DNA from: Azolla caroliniana
Lineage: Eukaryota > Plantae > Polypodiophyta
Reading direction: 5' to 3'
DNA: 64,000 nt
Assembly (NCBI GenBank): GCA_043228905.1
Contig: JBHGNT010000017.1
Coordinates: forward strand, 15,004,001-15,068,000
In this document: positions 1 through 12,938 of the stretch, in pieces
How positions within the stretch are numbered: position 1 is the stretch's first letter
Layout: every line of letters begins with the position of its first letter
Made by a program: the position numbers and the translations under genes
The notes under the pieces: model-generated
Told to the model about the DNA's origin: nothing
Databases searched by the model: none
The model's input: only the letters and a program-made list of their open reading frames with translations

Positions 1-594
1 TCGCCATTGTAATCGCTAAGTATGGCCCATTTCATAACCCCCCGTTAATTCAATTCAGTCTTTTAACAAACGGAGCAGATGTGTCCATTGCTTCTCTGGT
101 GATCGATCAATCTTCTGCTTTATTTCCTTCTCTAATCTCTCTGTACAGGCAGTCCTGTAATTTGTTTGATCTCTAAGCTATATGGGTTAATCTGTTCTGT
201 ATGTTTCTTCCTACCGCCATAGCTATTCTCTTATTGCTACCCTGTTGTCTGTTCCTCTCCAATGGACGTAAAGCTATCAAGAAAAATGGTTCTTGTATTT
301 ATTCTATCAATGAAGTCAGGATCTTTTTTGTATAGATTAAAAACATTTCCATAGCTTATAATCTGTTCTCTTTTCTTCTTCAACTGTATTCCTCTCTGTC
401 TCTTTCTTTCTTCTTGTTCAGTGATACAACTCATCAATGTCTTTGTTTTGTCCATGGAAACTCTCCTTTACCCCAGTATTAGAAGAAACACTCAGAAAAA
501 CAAATCTCTCTTTCTCCCCAATGCACTGATTTTATTTTTTGGTAGTGTGTTAATTAAAGAGTTCAAAGTTACACATGCACATCTACAATACATA

Positions 595-770
595 GTAATC
601 TAATGTTGAAGAATTAATACACAATACACATACAATCCATGAGTAATTTGATGTTGAAGAATTCATACATAATCCACATATACAATACACAAGTAATCTA
701 ATATTGAATTAAGACATCCACGTATACAACAATACATGAGTAATCTAATGTTGAATTAACAATGCACTCA
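595..770. repeat. Degenerate tandem repeat, about 45-50 bp unit, 4 copies
   Basis: (G)AGTAATCTAATGTTGAA(GA)ATT...CATACAAT recurs at about 595, 641, 692 and 738. Confidence 0.7.
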
Positions 771-799
771 TGTCTGCATAAACAAGCATAGATGGCTAA

Positions 800-1560
800 C
801 AATGACACATGAGGACTTGTACTGATCGATTACTGAAGTAGTAAAGATGGTGCCAATGATCAAGTACCTACCTATATACCTATGTATGTATAGGTGCTAG
901 TTAAGATGCCTACTAGCAAAGCATGATGCAAGTGTGACTTAATCCTTTGCTTAAATAGAGTGACGGTGACAATGAATCCATTACTTAAAGTAGAGAGTAA
1001 AGATGGCAGTGATGATCATACTTGGGTGATTATCGAGTATCTATCAAAGTATAGATGCAAGTAAACATGGCTATACACAAAGGATGATCGCACTTCGGTA
1101 AATAGGGTAACCATGGTAGTGATGATCATACTTTGGTGATTAATCGAGTATCTATCAAGCAAAGATGACTATTGGCAAAGGATGATGGCATGCAACGATT
1201 GATTAATTTAAGGAGTAAAGACAGTGGTGATGATCTAGTAAAGATGGTGGTCAAGATCCAGTGCTTGTCAAGCATATATGTAAATAAAGATGGCTACTAG
1301 CAAAGGATGATACCATGCGTGGAGTGATTAAATGCCATGTGATGAGTGATTAGTATCCATGAAGTATTGATGCAAGTAAAGATGACTATTGGCAAAGGAT
1401 GATGCCATGTGAGGATCGATTATTCTAAGGAGTAAACATGGTGGCGATGATCTAGTAAAAGATGGTCTTCATGATCCAGTGCTTGTAAAGTATAGATGTA
1501 AGTAAAGATGGCTACTAGCAAATGATGATGCCATGTGAGGAGTGATTGATTACTTACAAA
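800..1560. repeat. Degenerate minisatellite-like array
   Basis: GATGCAAGTAAAGATGGCTACTAGCAAAGGATGATG and GTAAAGATGGTGGTGATGATC recur many times with variation. Confidence 0.7.
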
Positions 1561-3527
1561 GCTATCAAAAAATGACGCCATACGGCTTATCAATTCCAAA
1601 TCATAGCATTGCGATCGAATGCGTGAGAAAGATCATTGCAATGCACGTTGTCCATGTCGTTTTCCTTCATGTTATAGCATGTTAGCTTGTACATTGCTTT
1701 TCTCCGATGGTGTGTTGGTTTAAGTAATCAATTCGGTACATCATTAGAAATGGGTTGGATAATTAAAAGAAAGAAAGATTTATAATGCGGGGGCGCTTGT
1801 TTCCAAACAAGTTGCACTATGAAAAGTTAGTGGAATAGGGATAAAAGAAGGCATAAATGAACGAAGAAGATTTGTTGTGCGTGTGAGAGCGAAATGTCGT
1901 GATGCTTTTTGCTCCCATTCTCGTAAACATTCAAACATAGTTATAGAAAAAAAGGTGTAGGAATGAGGGCCCAATGGGATAGTGGATGATGGCATGAAAT
2001 GAATAATGAAAATGGTCCCACACAATGGCAAAAAGTAATGAATGGAGTAAAATACATCGGCCAATGGGAGTGCGTAGTGATGGTTCTTGACACTTGCTAG
2101 TGCTTCGTTGGCATCCTTGATATTTTTATGTGAGGAGACGAAATGCTTATGTTGCATTCTTGTTGAAACATCATTGGGTTGGATTAGAAGATGAAGACTA
2201 TCATATATTAATCGCATATAAAGACTTTCTTTTATAAAATTTTGATAACGGGTCACTCATATAACGAGTCCATATGAGTAATCAAGCATGTTAAAGGAAA
2301 TTTGGCAATTACTATATCTTTTCTATGATTAATGTAGAGGTTAATTCACGATTAGTGATGAAATCAATGATTGTATAGTTTCAAAAATAAAGCCATCGAT
2401 GCTCTTGAAGTTGTAACCATAGGGTACCAATAGGAGTACTCATCAAAAGAAACACTTAAAAATTTGTAGTAAAGAGGGTACATAGATACCCACATCAACA
2501 TGTTTCCTCCATCTTAGCATTTCAGTTTAGTGCCCATAGCCTCAAATAAATAAATAAATAATTATTTCCAAAAACAAGTAATTAATTCTTTATTTGAATA
2601 AATACGGAGCCACCATGCCGACGATTTCCACCAAACTCGGCTACCTCTAACAACAGAATAATAACGTGTTGTCATCTCCTCAAGAAAATGTGCTTCGACA
2701 CCCACAACATCTTCACTCATCCTATCCCAAAACAAAAAGCCTTATCCTTTATTTGTAGAAGTTGTGAACAATCTGATTTGTTTCAATATGCAGTACAAGA
2801 TTATGCGTTCTTTCTTCGAGGAAATAGTAGCTTGTTGTACACACATGTTGAAGAAATGAGTTTATTGAATCCTTTTAGCATGGTTTCTGGGAGATGTGGA
2901 ATGTCATATAATGGTGGCAAACTACATCAAAAACTGAAGGAAGGATGAGTAATTTACATGGTTCACCACATTATTTTATGGTCCTTATCAAAGGTTGTTA
3001 TTAAGTGGACTTGAAAAGACCTCGAGGGAGTGTCTACTTACCAAGATACGACTTCATGGAATGCTGTAAAGATCCTAGCAAACAGTCTCTTCAGTGGTCT
3101 TATGATTTTGGTGGCAACAATTCATCGACATCAACCATTGGAATTCATCGACAAAGTTTCGATCAGATTGCAAGGATTTCTAATGGTGGTAGTTTGCTAA
3201 TCAAAACGAGAGACGAAATGCTTAGAAATATATGTGGCATAGGCCCCATTAATAAAGGTCATTGGTGGTAATTCCTTGACTAATATGGATGTTAAATAGA
3301 TTGTTGAAGTTACATGACTGACCGCTCAAGAGGTTTTTACTTAAATATGTTGCAATATTCATTGTAATAGTGGATCGTTTTGTATATTGACTTCTTTAAT
3401 ACCAATGGAGGATATTTTTTTTGAGAAAAAAAGTAATTACTTCTAAATTTGTCCCGTGGATTCCATTAATGGACTTGAATCAACCTTACGCTCCTCTTGA
3501 TAGCCCTCAACATTTATCTCTACAAAC

Positions 3528-3620
3528 TCATGACCTTGATTTATCTCTATAAACTCTAATTGATCATCATGACCTTGATTTATCTCTATAAACTCTAATT
3601 GATCATCATGACCTTGATTA
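3528..3620. repeat. 39-bp tandem repeat, about 2.5 copies
   Basis: CATGACCTTGATTTATCTCTATAAACTCTAATTGATCAT repeated; reads NQGHDDQLEFIEI twice in the minus-strand ORF. Confidence 0.85.
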
Positions 3621-4019
3621 TCAATGATAAGGTGAAAATCACTCCATAAAAATATTCTCTTTATATTCCATTGGATTTTGAGGTGGTGTCTTAGTGATGC
3701 ACTACACCGCATTAAATTGCCAGAAACTATTGGTGGTGCATTGATGTTCCTATGCTCATTCCACCTTATCGACTTATTTGACTTGAAGAGGATGAGATTA
3801 AAACATAACTTAAGGTTTACTTAAGGATGGGTCACATTTAGGGATCGACAACGGTTTGGTTTAGGCTTAGCCGGTTTGGCCTTATCCAAGCTAAATCGGT
3901 TAAGCCTAAACCATTTAGGGGTTCTCAAACCTGAACCAAACCAATTCCTAAACCGGTTAGTGAACCGGCTTGGAAATTGGTTTAGAAACCGGCTTAGAAA
4001 TCGGTTTGGAACCCCCCTA

Positions 4020-4150
4020 TCTCTCATACGATCTATACAAGCTCCCTCCCTCCCTCCCTCTCTCTCAAACGATCCACTATGTACTATACAACTCCCACCC
4101 TCCCTCCCTCTCTCTCAAACGATCCACTATGTACTATACAAGCTCCCACC

Positions 4151-4201
<51 letters not shown>

Positions 4202-4246
4202 GATCCCCTATGTGCTATATACAAGCTCCCTCCCTCCCTCCCTCTC
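4020..4246. repeat. Tandem repeat of about 50 bp with CT microsatellite
   Basis: CTCTCAAACGATCCACTATGTACTATACAAGCTCCC recurs about 4 times, with (CT)n between units. Confidence 0.75.
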
Positions 4247-6215
4247 TCTGAAATGTATAAAGGCAGAAATGCTCAAATGGACGGGAAAGGAAGCACATGT
4301 ATGGATAAGCGATATGTTTAATGATGCATTGCAACATGGTATGCCGTACGATTGGATCAAACCTTTACATAAAGGTGGAGATGTAAATAATCTAAACAAC
4401 AATTGAACCATCATGGTTGGCTCATTAATGGCAAAACTATTTGGATGTATAATGGAATTAAAGATAAGTGTATGGGTTGAAAAAAATGGTAAGAGAGCTT
4501 ATGGACAAGCTGCCTTTTGAAAACACCATAGCACCATTGATCACCTTATCACCCTTCGAGTATTAATGGAGGAAAGTCGCCTTAGAGGTAAAGGTTTATA
4601 TTGTTGCTTTGTAGACTTCAAGAAATCTTTCGATATGGTACCTCGTGAGCATCTTTGGACGTGAATGGAAGAAATTGAGGTGCCAAGTGAATATATGCTT
4701 GCAATTTCCTGAATTTATGAGAAGGTTATATGTTGTGTGCGCATGAGAGATAAACTTTCAGATTTTTTAAAAAGCACTATTGGTGTTAAGCAAGGATGCC
4801 CACTCTCACCAACACTATTTGGTCTATGCATTGATGAATTGGAAGAAATGGTTACCAAGTTTGCAAAGGAAGAATGTGTTGAAGAAGTTGCCATTGGGAA
4901 TGTTGTGATTATGCTTTTGTTATATGCAGATGATGTAGTGCTTTTTGCAAATACTTTAGGAGATGCACAAAAGCTTATGAAGGCATTGGAATTTTTTTGC
5001 ATGCATACTAAATTAAGTGTCAATAGCTCTAAAACAAAGATTATGCTTGTGAAGAGCCAAAAAAGAGATAAACCATGCATTATGTACAACAATGAGCCAC
5101 TTGAATGTGTGGAAAGCTTCAAATATCTTGGCCTTCAAGTTCCTTCAAATCATAGATGGAATGAATGTGCTACACGCCGCTTAGAGGCGGGTAAGCGAGC
5201 ATACTATGCATTTGAGAACAAATGTAATCTTGGAGATATTAAGTGTTGGGTCCTCAAGAAATATCTTTTCAACACTTTGGTGACACCGGTTCTTCTCTAT
5301 AGGGTGGAAGTATGGGGCGGTAGCATCCCTAAATCTATGTGGAAAGAGTTTGAAAATGTCCAAAAACATTTTCTTACAAAGTTTCTACAAGTTAAGAAAC
5401 AAACGCCCTACACCCTCCTGCTCCTTGAGACGGGATCGCTTCTCATTGAGATCATGGCCATTAAGAGGGTTGTTGAATACATGCTTAAGGTTCAAAAAAG
5501 TCCCTCACATCGACTTCCTAGAATTGCTTGGGAAGCAAGCAAAAAGATCCAAAAAACGCATAAAAGCAAAATTTTGTGTTCCAGTTGGATGCAAGATATA
5601 GAAAAATGGTTTGGTTGATGGGATGCGAGACACTTGCTTCATGATGCATCATTAGATTCCTCTGTAAATGAGGCCTTTTTGCAACGCCAATGTATCATGA
5701 CATGGGACAAATGTGGAGGCTCACGCTTCAGACATTATACTACACATGTTGCACCTAACTACAAAACCATATTCTTTGCGGAACGGGGAAATCGTACACA
5801 TCGATACATGTTAGAGCCCATACCGTTATTTGCCATTCGAACCATTGCTTCCATGCAACTTAGCTCACATGCATTGCGATGTGAGACAGGGCGTTGGGAC
5901 ACAAGTGATGAGAGTGGTCGACTATGCACACTTTGGCCTAAACAAGTTCGCAAGTCTGAGTATCACACTTTGATACAATGCTCCGCCTTTGATAATATTT
6001 GACCATGCTTTCCACATCTCTTCGACCGAGCCCAATCCTTGCATGAATTCCTCTCACAACCACAATGTGCACTCTCGATTGCAACATTCATTGGTAAAGT
6101 TCTTGAACATCGAGAGTCACTACTCACTTCACACGTATCACATGAAATGTAATATTTTTGGTCTCATAGGTCATATTTGACCTCCGAAGACGATAATATA
6201 ATCTATCTATCTATC
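4247..6215 (+). pseudogene. 5'-truncated RTE/RTEX-like LINE 1 (reverse transcriptase plus C-terminal zinc motif)
   Basis: WIKPLHKGGD, CCFVDFKK, GVKQGCPLSPTLF, LLYADD, FKYLG, SSHALRCETGRW..C..EYHTLIQC; in-frame stops; ends in an (ATCT)n/(CT)n tail. Confidence 0.9.
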
Positions 6216-6255
6216 TCTCTCTCTTGTCTGTGTAGTCTCCTATCTCCCTCCCTCT

Positions 6256-8420
6256 TGAGTGGGAAAGCAGCGGATGCAACCTACATCTCAAGTGAGCTTT
6301 TAAAATGGATAATGCCACATACTCGTCATTGGATAATGACAATTATAGAGCAAGCTATAAAACAAGGATTTCCAAATGATTGGCTTATGAATTGGATTAA
6401 ACCAATATTTAAAGCCGGAGATAAGAATCAAGTATCAAATTATCGTACAATAATGGTGAGCTCAACTATTGCTAAATTATATAGCACTATTATGGAGCAA
6501 AAGATAAGCAAATGGGCTGAAAGTACAAACAAAAGAGCACTTGGGCAAGCAGGATTTAGACCAAAACACTCCAATGTGGATCATTTGGTCATATTGAGGG
6601 TAATCATGGAAGAGAGTCGACTACAAGGAAAAACACTTTATTGTTGTTTTGTTGATTTTAAGAAAGCTTTTGATATCGTACCATGAAGTGAGCTCTAGAA
6701 TAGAATGGTAGAGATTGACATGCCATTAAAGTATCGAGTTGCTGTTGCACACCTATATGAACAAGTTAAATGCAAACTAAAAATGGATAGTGGATTCTAA
6801 AAGCACTTTTTAAGTAACATGGGGGTCAAGTAAGGATGCCCACCATCACCCACACTTTTTGGCTTATGTATTGATAAATTAGACGAAGTGGTAAATAAGG
6901 TTGCAAGAGAAGAAGGATTGAATGCTCCCAAATTGATGCAACATCTTATCTTATTGCTTCTATATGCTGATGATGTGGTACTCTTCTCATATGATGTTGA
7001 TAGTATGCAAAATTTACTTGGGGTATTAGAAGAATTTTTCCACAGTAGTGGACTAGCAGTGAATGTGGGGAAAACAAAAATGATGGTAGTGCAAACCATC
7101 CAACCTCATCATTACCCTATGCTCACATATAGAGGTGAACATATACAATTTGTTCAAAGCTTTAAATATCTTGGTATTGATGTACTTGCCACAAATAAAT
7201 GGAGTGTATGCTTTGATTCTTGGCTCTAAGCCGGTTGGAAATCGTATTACCTTTTGGAGAACCAATGCAACCAAAGTGATACTTGTGGATGGGAAGTAAA
7301 ACTCATGTTGTTCAATGCCATGGTAACTCAAGTATTGCTTTATGGAGTAGAAGTATGGGGTGACACCATCTCTCTTAATGCATGTAATGAGATTGAGAAA
7401 ATTCAAAAGATGTTTCTAAGGAGGCAATTAGGAGTTAAATGCACTACCTCTTACCAGGTTATGCTCTTGGAAACAGGTGTTCGACCCATAGAACTATTGG
7501 CACTCCAAAAAGTATATAAATACATTACAAAAGTCAAGAATATGCCAAATCATCGATTACCACATCTTGCTTGGAATGTTGGATGTAAGCTACAAAAGAA
7601 TCATAAAAGTAAGATTCTCTCACCCGGTTGGGTTGTTGACATAAGGAAATTGTTTAGAATATGGGGTTTGGATGATCTTTTAGAGCTTTTGGGCAATGCT
7701 ATGTAGTATGTAATGATTGAGGAAAGGTTGGTGGAATCATTAAGGATGAAGTGGGAAGATGCTAAGAGGACAAAGCTAGAATACTACATTGCTAATGTCA
7801 ACCCTTAATGTTGGTCTCAATATAAAACAAGAATGCCTATTGCTCGTAGAGCCCTTACACTACTTCACACTCGATCTCACAAGTTAGGTATTGAAGTTGC
7901 ATCATGGTATCAAAATGTAACTAATTTGAAGACATGCAAAGTATGCAATGAAGGCATGGTAGAGGATGAATGTCACTTGCTCTTTACATGCTCGACATAT
8001 AGTGCAATTCGTTCAAGATATGCTGACATACTAAGAGGGAGTGATAACTTAAGTGCCATACTTAAGACACCACCGAGAAGGTTGAGCTCATATGTGTATG
8101 CTTTATTCACTCATAGAGACTTTAATGAAGGCATGGTAGAGGATGAATGTCACTTGCTCTTTACATGCTCGACATATAGTGCAATTCGTTCAAGATATGC
8201 TGACATACTAAGAGGGAGTGATAACTTAACTACCATACTTAAGACACCACTGAGAAGGTTGAGCTCATATGTGTATGCTTTATTCACTCATAGAGACTTT
8301 GTGCTTCAATATATGAATACCCCTTCTTAGGAAGGAGACACATATCAAGAACACATGTATACTCTAGTCCCATAGGTCAAAATTGGCCTCTTTATGGACG
8401 ATAAAAATTCTAATTCTCTC
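6256..8420 (+). pseudogene. 5'-truncated RTE/RTEX-like LINE 2
   Basis: WIKPIFKAGD..NYRTI, QAGFR, FVDFKKAFD, LLYADD, FKYLG, SHKLGIE..CKVC..VEDECHLLFTC; several stops. Confidence 0.9.
7947..8300 (+). repeat. 177-bp tandem duplication in the LINE 2 C-terminal region
   Basis: The 59-aa segment NEGMVEDECH...FTHRDF is encoded twice, starting at 7947 and 8124. Confidence 0.95.
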
Positions 8421-8441
8421 TCTCCTTTGTGTAGTCTCCCT

Positions 8442-9112
8442 TAGGGATCGGAAACGGTTTGGTTTAGGCTTAGCCGGTTTGTCCTTTCAAACCTGAACCG
8501 AACCAGACCAAACCGATCCCTAAACCGGTTTGGGAGAAAACAACAATACTCTTACATTGAATATTGAACTTCATAACACAATTCTATTACAATTTATCAT
8601 TGAACTTCATAACACAATTCCGTTACAATTTATCATTGAACAATCCCCGTCCAATATGCTCCAAAGGTAGAATGGTTACAAGGCTTAGAGAAAAACAACA
8701 AGAAAACATAAAATGAGAAATGCATTGTCTGTGTCAATGGATAGGTCACTGTCTGTGTCGAGAGTCCTATTACCTAAGTCGTCACTCTAGAGTTTATGTG
8801 TAGACAATAGACTCGTGACTCGTGACTAGTTAGAAGTTAAAACTTAGACTTGAGTCACCACTACTTAGACTTGAGTTAGAATTTAGACTCGTGACTAGTT
8901 AGAAGTTAGAACTTAGACTTTAGTAATAAACTATAGTAATTACTAATTAAATAACTTAAATGGCTTAGAAGGTTTGAGCCAGTTTGGTGAGGCTCAAGCC
9001 AAGCCGAGTCGAGCTCAAACCGTTAAGGCAGGCTCAAGCATAAGCCGCTAAACCGCTTTAAGCCGGTTAAGCCAAACGGTTTAGGCTTGAGCCGAGCCGT
9101 TGCTAATCCCTA
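8442..9112. mobile_element. hAT-type MITE related to the enclosing element
   Basis: Termini TAGGGATCGGAAACGG / CCGTTGCTAATCCCTA; perfect 8-bp TSD GTCTCCCT (8434-8441 and 9113-9120). Confidence 0.93.
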
Positions 9113-9368
9113 GTCTCCCTCCCTCCCTCCCTCCCTCCCTCTCTTTGTCTCTCCTCGTCTGTGTAGTCTCCCTCACACACACACACACAGAGTCTCTCTC
9201 TCTCTGTCCTCTGTGTAGTCTCCCTTTCTCTCTCTCTCCTCGTCTGTGTAGTCTCCCTCACACACACACACACACACAGAGTCTCTCTCTCTCTCTCTCC
9301 TCATCTATGTAGTCTCCCTCACACACACACACACACACACACACACTCTCTCTCTCTCTCTCTCTCTC
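9113..9368. repeat. GTCTGTGTAGTCTCCCT repeat with (CA)n/(CT)n microsatellites
   Basis: The motif recurs 4 times here and also at about 6226 and 8428, next to the LINE ends. Confidence 0.8.
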
Positions 9369-9559
9369 AAGTTTCTAAACGGCTTAATCGGCTTGAGCCA
9401 GTTTGGCAAGGCTCAAGCCAAGCCAAACCGAGCTCAAACTGTTTAGTCAAGCTCAAACCTAAGCTGAGCCAAGCCAAGCTACTAAGCCGTTTTAAACCGG
9501 TTTAGCTAAACGGTTTAGTCTTGAGCCGAGCTGTTGCCGATCCCTAGTCACATTAATCA

Positions 9560-9880
9560 TAGTACATCACCTTAGGGTGCGCCAATTATCTTGGTCAAGC
9601 AAGAAAAAGGAACATGGCAAATATGTGAGTAAAAAACTTGTATCCATTGATTGCCACTTCAAATTTGATTGGTTGTTTGATACTTTACCAAAATTTATCT
9701 TTGAAGTGGCCATCAAATTAGAATGGTAGGTATTCCTAGAATTGCATTTCATAGGTGTTATAGTCATGCCCATTATGATTTTTTGGTCATGTAATTTGGG
9801 TTGACCAATGCTCCAACCACATTTCAATAACAAATCAATGGCACTTTTGGGAACCAACTCAATGTTCAAATAGATCCTTC
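9560..9880 (+). pseudogene. Highly decayed Ty3/gypsy reverse transcriptase fragment
   Basis: Manual translation gives APIILVKQEKGTWQIC, FTKIYL*SGHQI and FLVM*FGLTNAPTTFQ. Confidence 0.75.
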
Positions 9881-10009
9881 TTGACTAGAGTAAGTGAAAC
9901 TCTACCCGATTCCTCTTATTGTTTGAGAAGGTCTTCTATTCCTTGGTTTTGTTAGTTTTTGCGAAGTCTATTCATAATTATTATAGATGTAAGATGATCA
10001 TTAATGAAT

Positions 10010-10320
10010 GAGGGAATGAGCAAACAAGCAAGGTGAGCAAGACAAGCCAACAAGCAAATGAGCGAGGCAAGCAAGACAAAGCCAACAATCGAATGAGCGA
10101 GATGAGCAAGACAAGCACCCATAATTGGCATTGAACTCCTTGGAAGACATGTATATGAGTTAGCTCATGACCACGCTTTTAACATTAGACTAAATAGAAC
10201 CCAATAAACCCAGTAAGTGGTGTTGAACTCTTTAAAGATGAGATTGGATAGAACCCAATAATTGGTGTTGAACTTAAACATGAGACTAGATAGAACACCC
10301 AATAACTGGTGTTGAACTCA
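10010..10320. repeat. Two short dispersed direct-repeat sets
   Basis: GAGCAAGACAAGC about 3 times, then CCCAATAA(T/C)TGGTGTTGAACT 4 times (about 10118, 10209, 10254, 10298). Confidence 0.65.
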
Positions 10321-10379
10321 TTGTGGTATTGTTTTTTGTGTGTGGGTATGCAATATTGTTGGGAATTTAAAGGCTATGT

Positions 10380-12559
10380 TTAAGTTCATCCCGAAAGTCC
10401 AGTCGAAGACGGACTTCTGCGAGTATTGTCGCTATGGGAAAGAAACCCGAAGTCCGTACTCTCTTCATTATGAGACAATACAACAACCCCTAGAGTTGGT
10501 CCACATATATATGTGGGCCAATGCTCGAAAGGTCACTAGGAAACTCCTAGTACTTCATCACATTCGTAGATGACCGTACACGGAAGGTCTAGGCCTACTC
10601 GATTAGGTCGGAAAACGAAGTGCTCGAGGTCTTCTCTCGGTGGTTAACCGAAGTGGAGAACCGATCATGACATTGAGTGAAGACACTCCAGTCCGACAAC
10701 AGAGGTGAATACACCTCCTGAGCCATGAAACAATACCTGTCTGACAAAGGGATCCGACAAATCAAAAGACTGTTCCATATACTCCTATGCAAAACGGCAT
10801 GGCGGAACAGATGAATAGCACGATTCAAGAGAGAGTGACGACAATGCTCCAACATTCTAGACTAAAAGTAGAATTTTGGGCCGAAGCACTGTAGACGACC
10901 ATCTATCTTATAAATCTATCACCGTTGAGAGTTGAATGGCTCAAAGTGCCACAAGCACTATGGTCTAACAAACAACCAACCTACGATAGGCTCCGTATAT
11001 TCGGATGCGAACCCTACGTCTTCATCCCTAGGAACAAGAGCACCAAGTTGGCACCCCATGCACTTAAGTGTATATTTCTCGGTTATTCGGTTATGGAACC
11101 GATGGGGAATTCAGTTATCGGCTTTGGGATCTACAGAACAGCAAATTGATCCGGAGTAGCAACGTAGTCTTCAATGAAGACTCAATTCTCTCTAAATGGA
11201 ACCAACCGAAAAGGGTCGGCAAAAAGGTCTCCTTTGACATAAACAAAGATGTCGTAGAAGGACCAACTGACTGGGCTGAATCAGAGATTTGATGAACAAT
11301 TGAAATCGACTGAACTAATGACCCTCTTGCCAAATCTGAATAGGCAAGAGGTCTATTAATCGAAATCGAAATCGATTCGACTAAGAGATTGACAAGAGTT
11401 GGATTGGCCAACCGAGGCAAAGCCGAATTGACTAGAGTTGAAAAAAGCAAAGCCGAGAAGTGTTGAGTCAAAATCGACAGAATCGATTCGACCATCACAC
11501 CAAATAAGGCTAAGGGGATGAAAAACCGAATCAACTCGGCTAAGTTCTTGGATCCTCTATCAATGGATCCCGAAGAAGGGGAGAATGATTCAACATTGCC
11601 AAAATCCTATCTTGGGGGTGAGTCATCCAAAAGGACTCCCGAAGATGGTTCAAATAATGATGATTCGCCAACTATGTTGCTTGAGGAATCCAAACCAATC
11701 AACTTGGCACCCAAGAGATCTGGACGAGTCTGAAGCCTGATATAGTTCTATCAATTGGGCCTTGACTACGTCAATTACACGGATGCAGGCAAACCAAGCT
11801 CCTACGAGGATGTAATTGCCGCACCGGATGTTGACACATGGCTACAAGCCATGAGATCTGAGATGGACTTGATCAAGGAAAACAAGACATGGGAGCTGGT
11901 AGAATTACACGCTGATAGGAAGCTGCTACCACACAAATGGGTGTACTGAGGAAGTAATCGCCCCACCAGATGCTGATACATGGCTACAAGACATGAGAGC
12001 TCAGATGGACTTGATCAAGGAAAACAAGACATGGGAGCTGGTAGAATTACCAGCTGATAGGAAGCCGCTATCATGAAAATGGGTTTACCGAGCAAGCAAT
12101 CGTTGCACCGGATGCTGACACATGGCTACAAGCCATGAGATCTGAGATGGACTTGATCAAGGAAAACAAGACATGGGAGTTGGTAGAATTAGCAGCTGAA
12201 AGGAAGCCACTACCATGCAAATGGGTCTACTGAGGAAGCAATCGCCGCACCAGACGTTGACACATGGCTACAAGCCATGAGATCTAAGAAGAACTTGATC
12301 AAGGAAAACAAGACACGAGAGCTGGTAGAATTACCAGCTAATAGGAAGCCACAACCATGCAAATGGGTCTACCGATACAAGTATGTATCCGGTTCGGAAT
12401 GACCCAAGTCCAAAGCTCGACTCGTCACTAAAGGTTTCAAATAGAAATATGGGGTCGACTATGACAAGATCTTCTTGCTTGTCAAAATGACCACCCTTCG
12501 GTTCCTTCTAGGGGTCGTGGCGACGGGAGACCTAGGGCTCAAACACTCTATGTCAAGAC
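10380..12559 (+). pseudogene. Ty1/copia pol fragment (integrase to RT N-terminus), related to copia A
   Basis: FCEYCRYGK..PLELVH, LRIFGCEPYVFIP, KCIFLGY, YRLWD, WLQAMRSEMD, KMTTLRFLL; breaks off at the (D)VKT motif. Confidence 0.85.
11806..12373 (+). repeat. Four-copy 142-bp tandem amplification of the copia RT start
   Basis: Units begin at about 11806, 11948, 12090 and 12232 (GAGGA..ATCGCCGCACC..ACATGGCTACAAGCCATGAG..AAATGGGT). Confidence 0.9.
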
Positions 12560-12933
12560 TATCGAATACGGGTCTATAATGGCCGTATTCACATTGTCCC
12601 CTTGGACAAACTAGATTTAGGACAACTATGTAAATATGTCAAAGGGTAGTTGCCCTAGCCCAGTTAGTATATAACGGGCTTTGTAACCTAGTTTGTAGAG
12701 GTGGTTCATGTTGGTTGTTGTGACCATTCGTTTTGTAACTCTAAGTTTGAATAATACAGTTACACCTTCTTGTGCCCAATCTACTGTTTCCCTACTCTCT
12801 CTCTCTCTCTCTCTCACTGATCTTGTCTCTTGATCTAGTCTTCTATTTCTCTCAATCCGTTTTTTCTTATACGTGATAAAGATCTTCTACTAGAAGAGTG
12901 CTGAGATTGTTCCGCACCTGATGACCGCCTTCA
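12560..12933 (+). mobile_element. Partial LTR of copia A (left boundary uncertain)
   Basis: TATA-like TATATAA near 12668, CT-rich tract, ends in CA just before a PBS. Confidence 0.6.
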
Positions 12934-12938
12934 AAATC

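Larger units (their letters stand above)
3839..9546. mobile_element. Non-autonomous hAT-type DNA transposon containing nested LINEs and a sister MITE
   Basis: Termini TAGGGATCGACAACGG / CTGTTGCCGATCCCTA; perfect 8-bp TSD GTCACATT (3831-3838 and 9547-9554); AAACCG/CGGTTT-rich subterminal repeats; no transposase seen. Confidence 0.92.

Noticed and set aside
237-455. Minus-strand ORF as an organellar or LINE-derived gene
   Set aside because: No diagnostic motif; the resemblance was too weak to call.
10110-10320. CRISPR-like repeat-spacer pattern (CCCAATAATTGGTGTTGAACT x4)
   Set aside because: Repeats are degenerate, spacers are uneven and related to each other, no cas genes, eukaryotic context.
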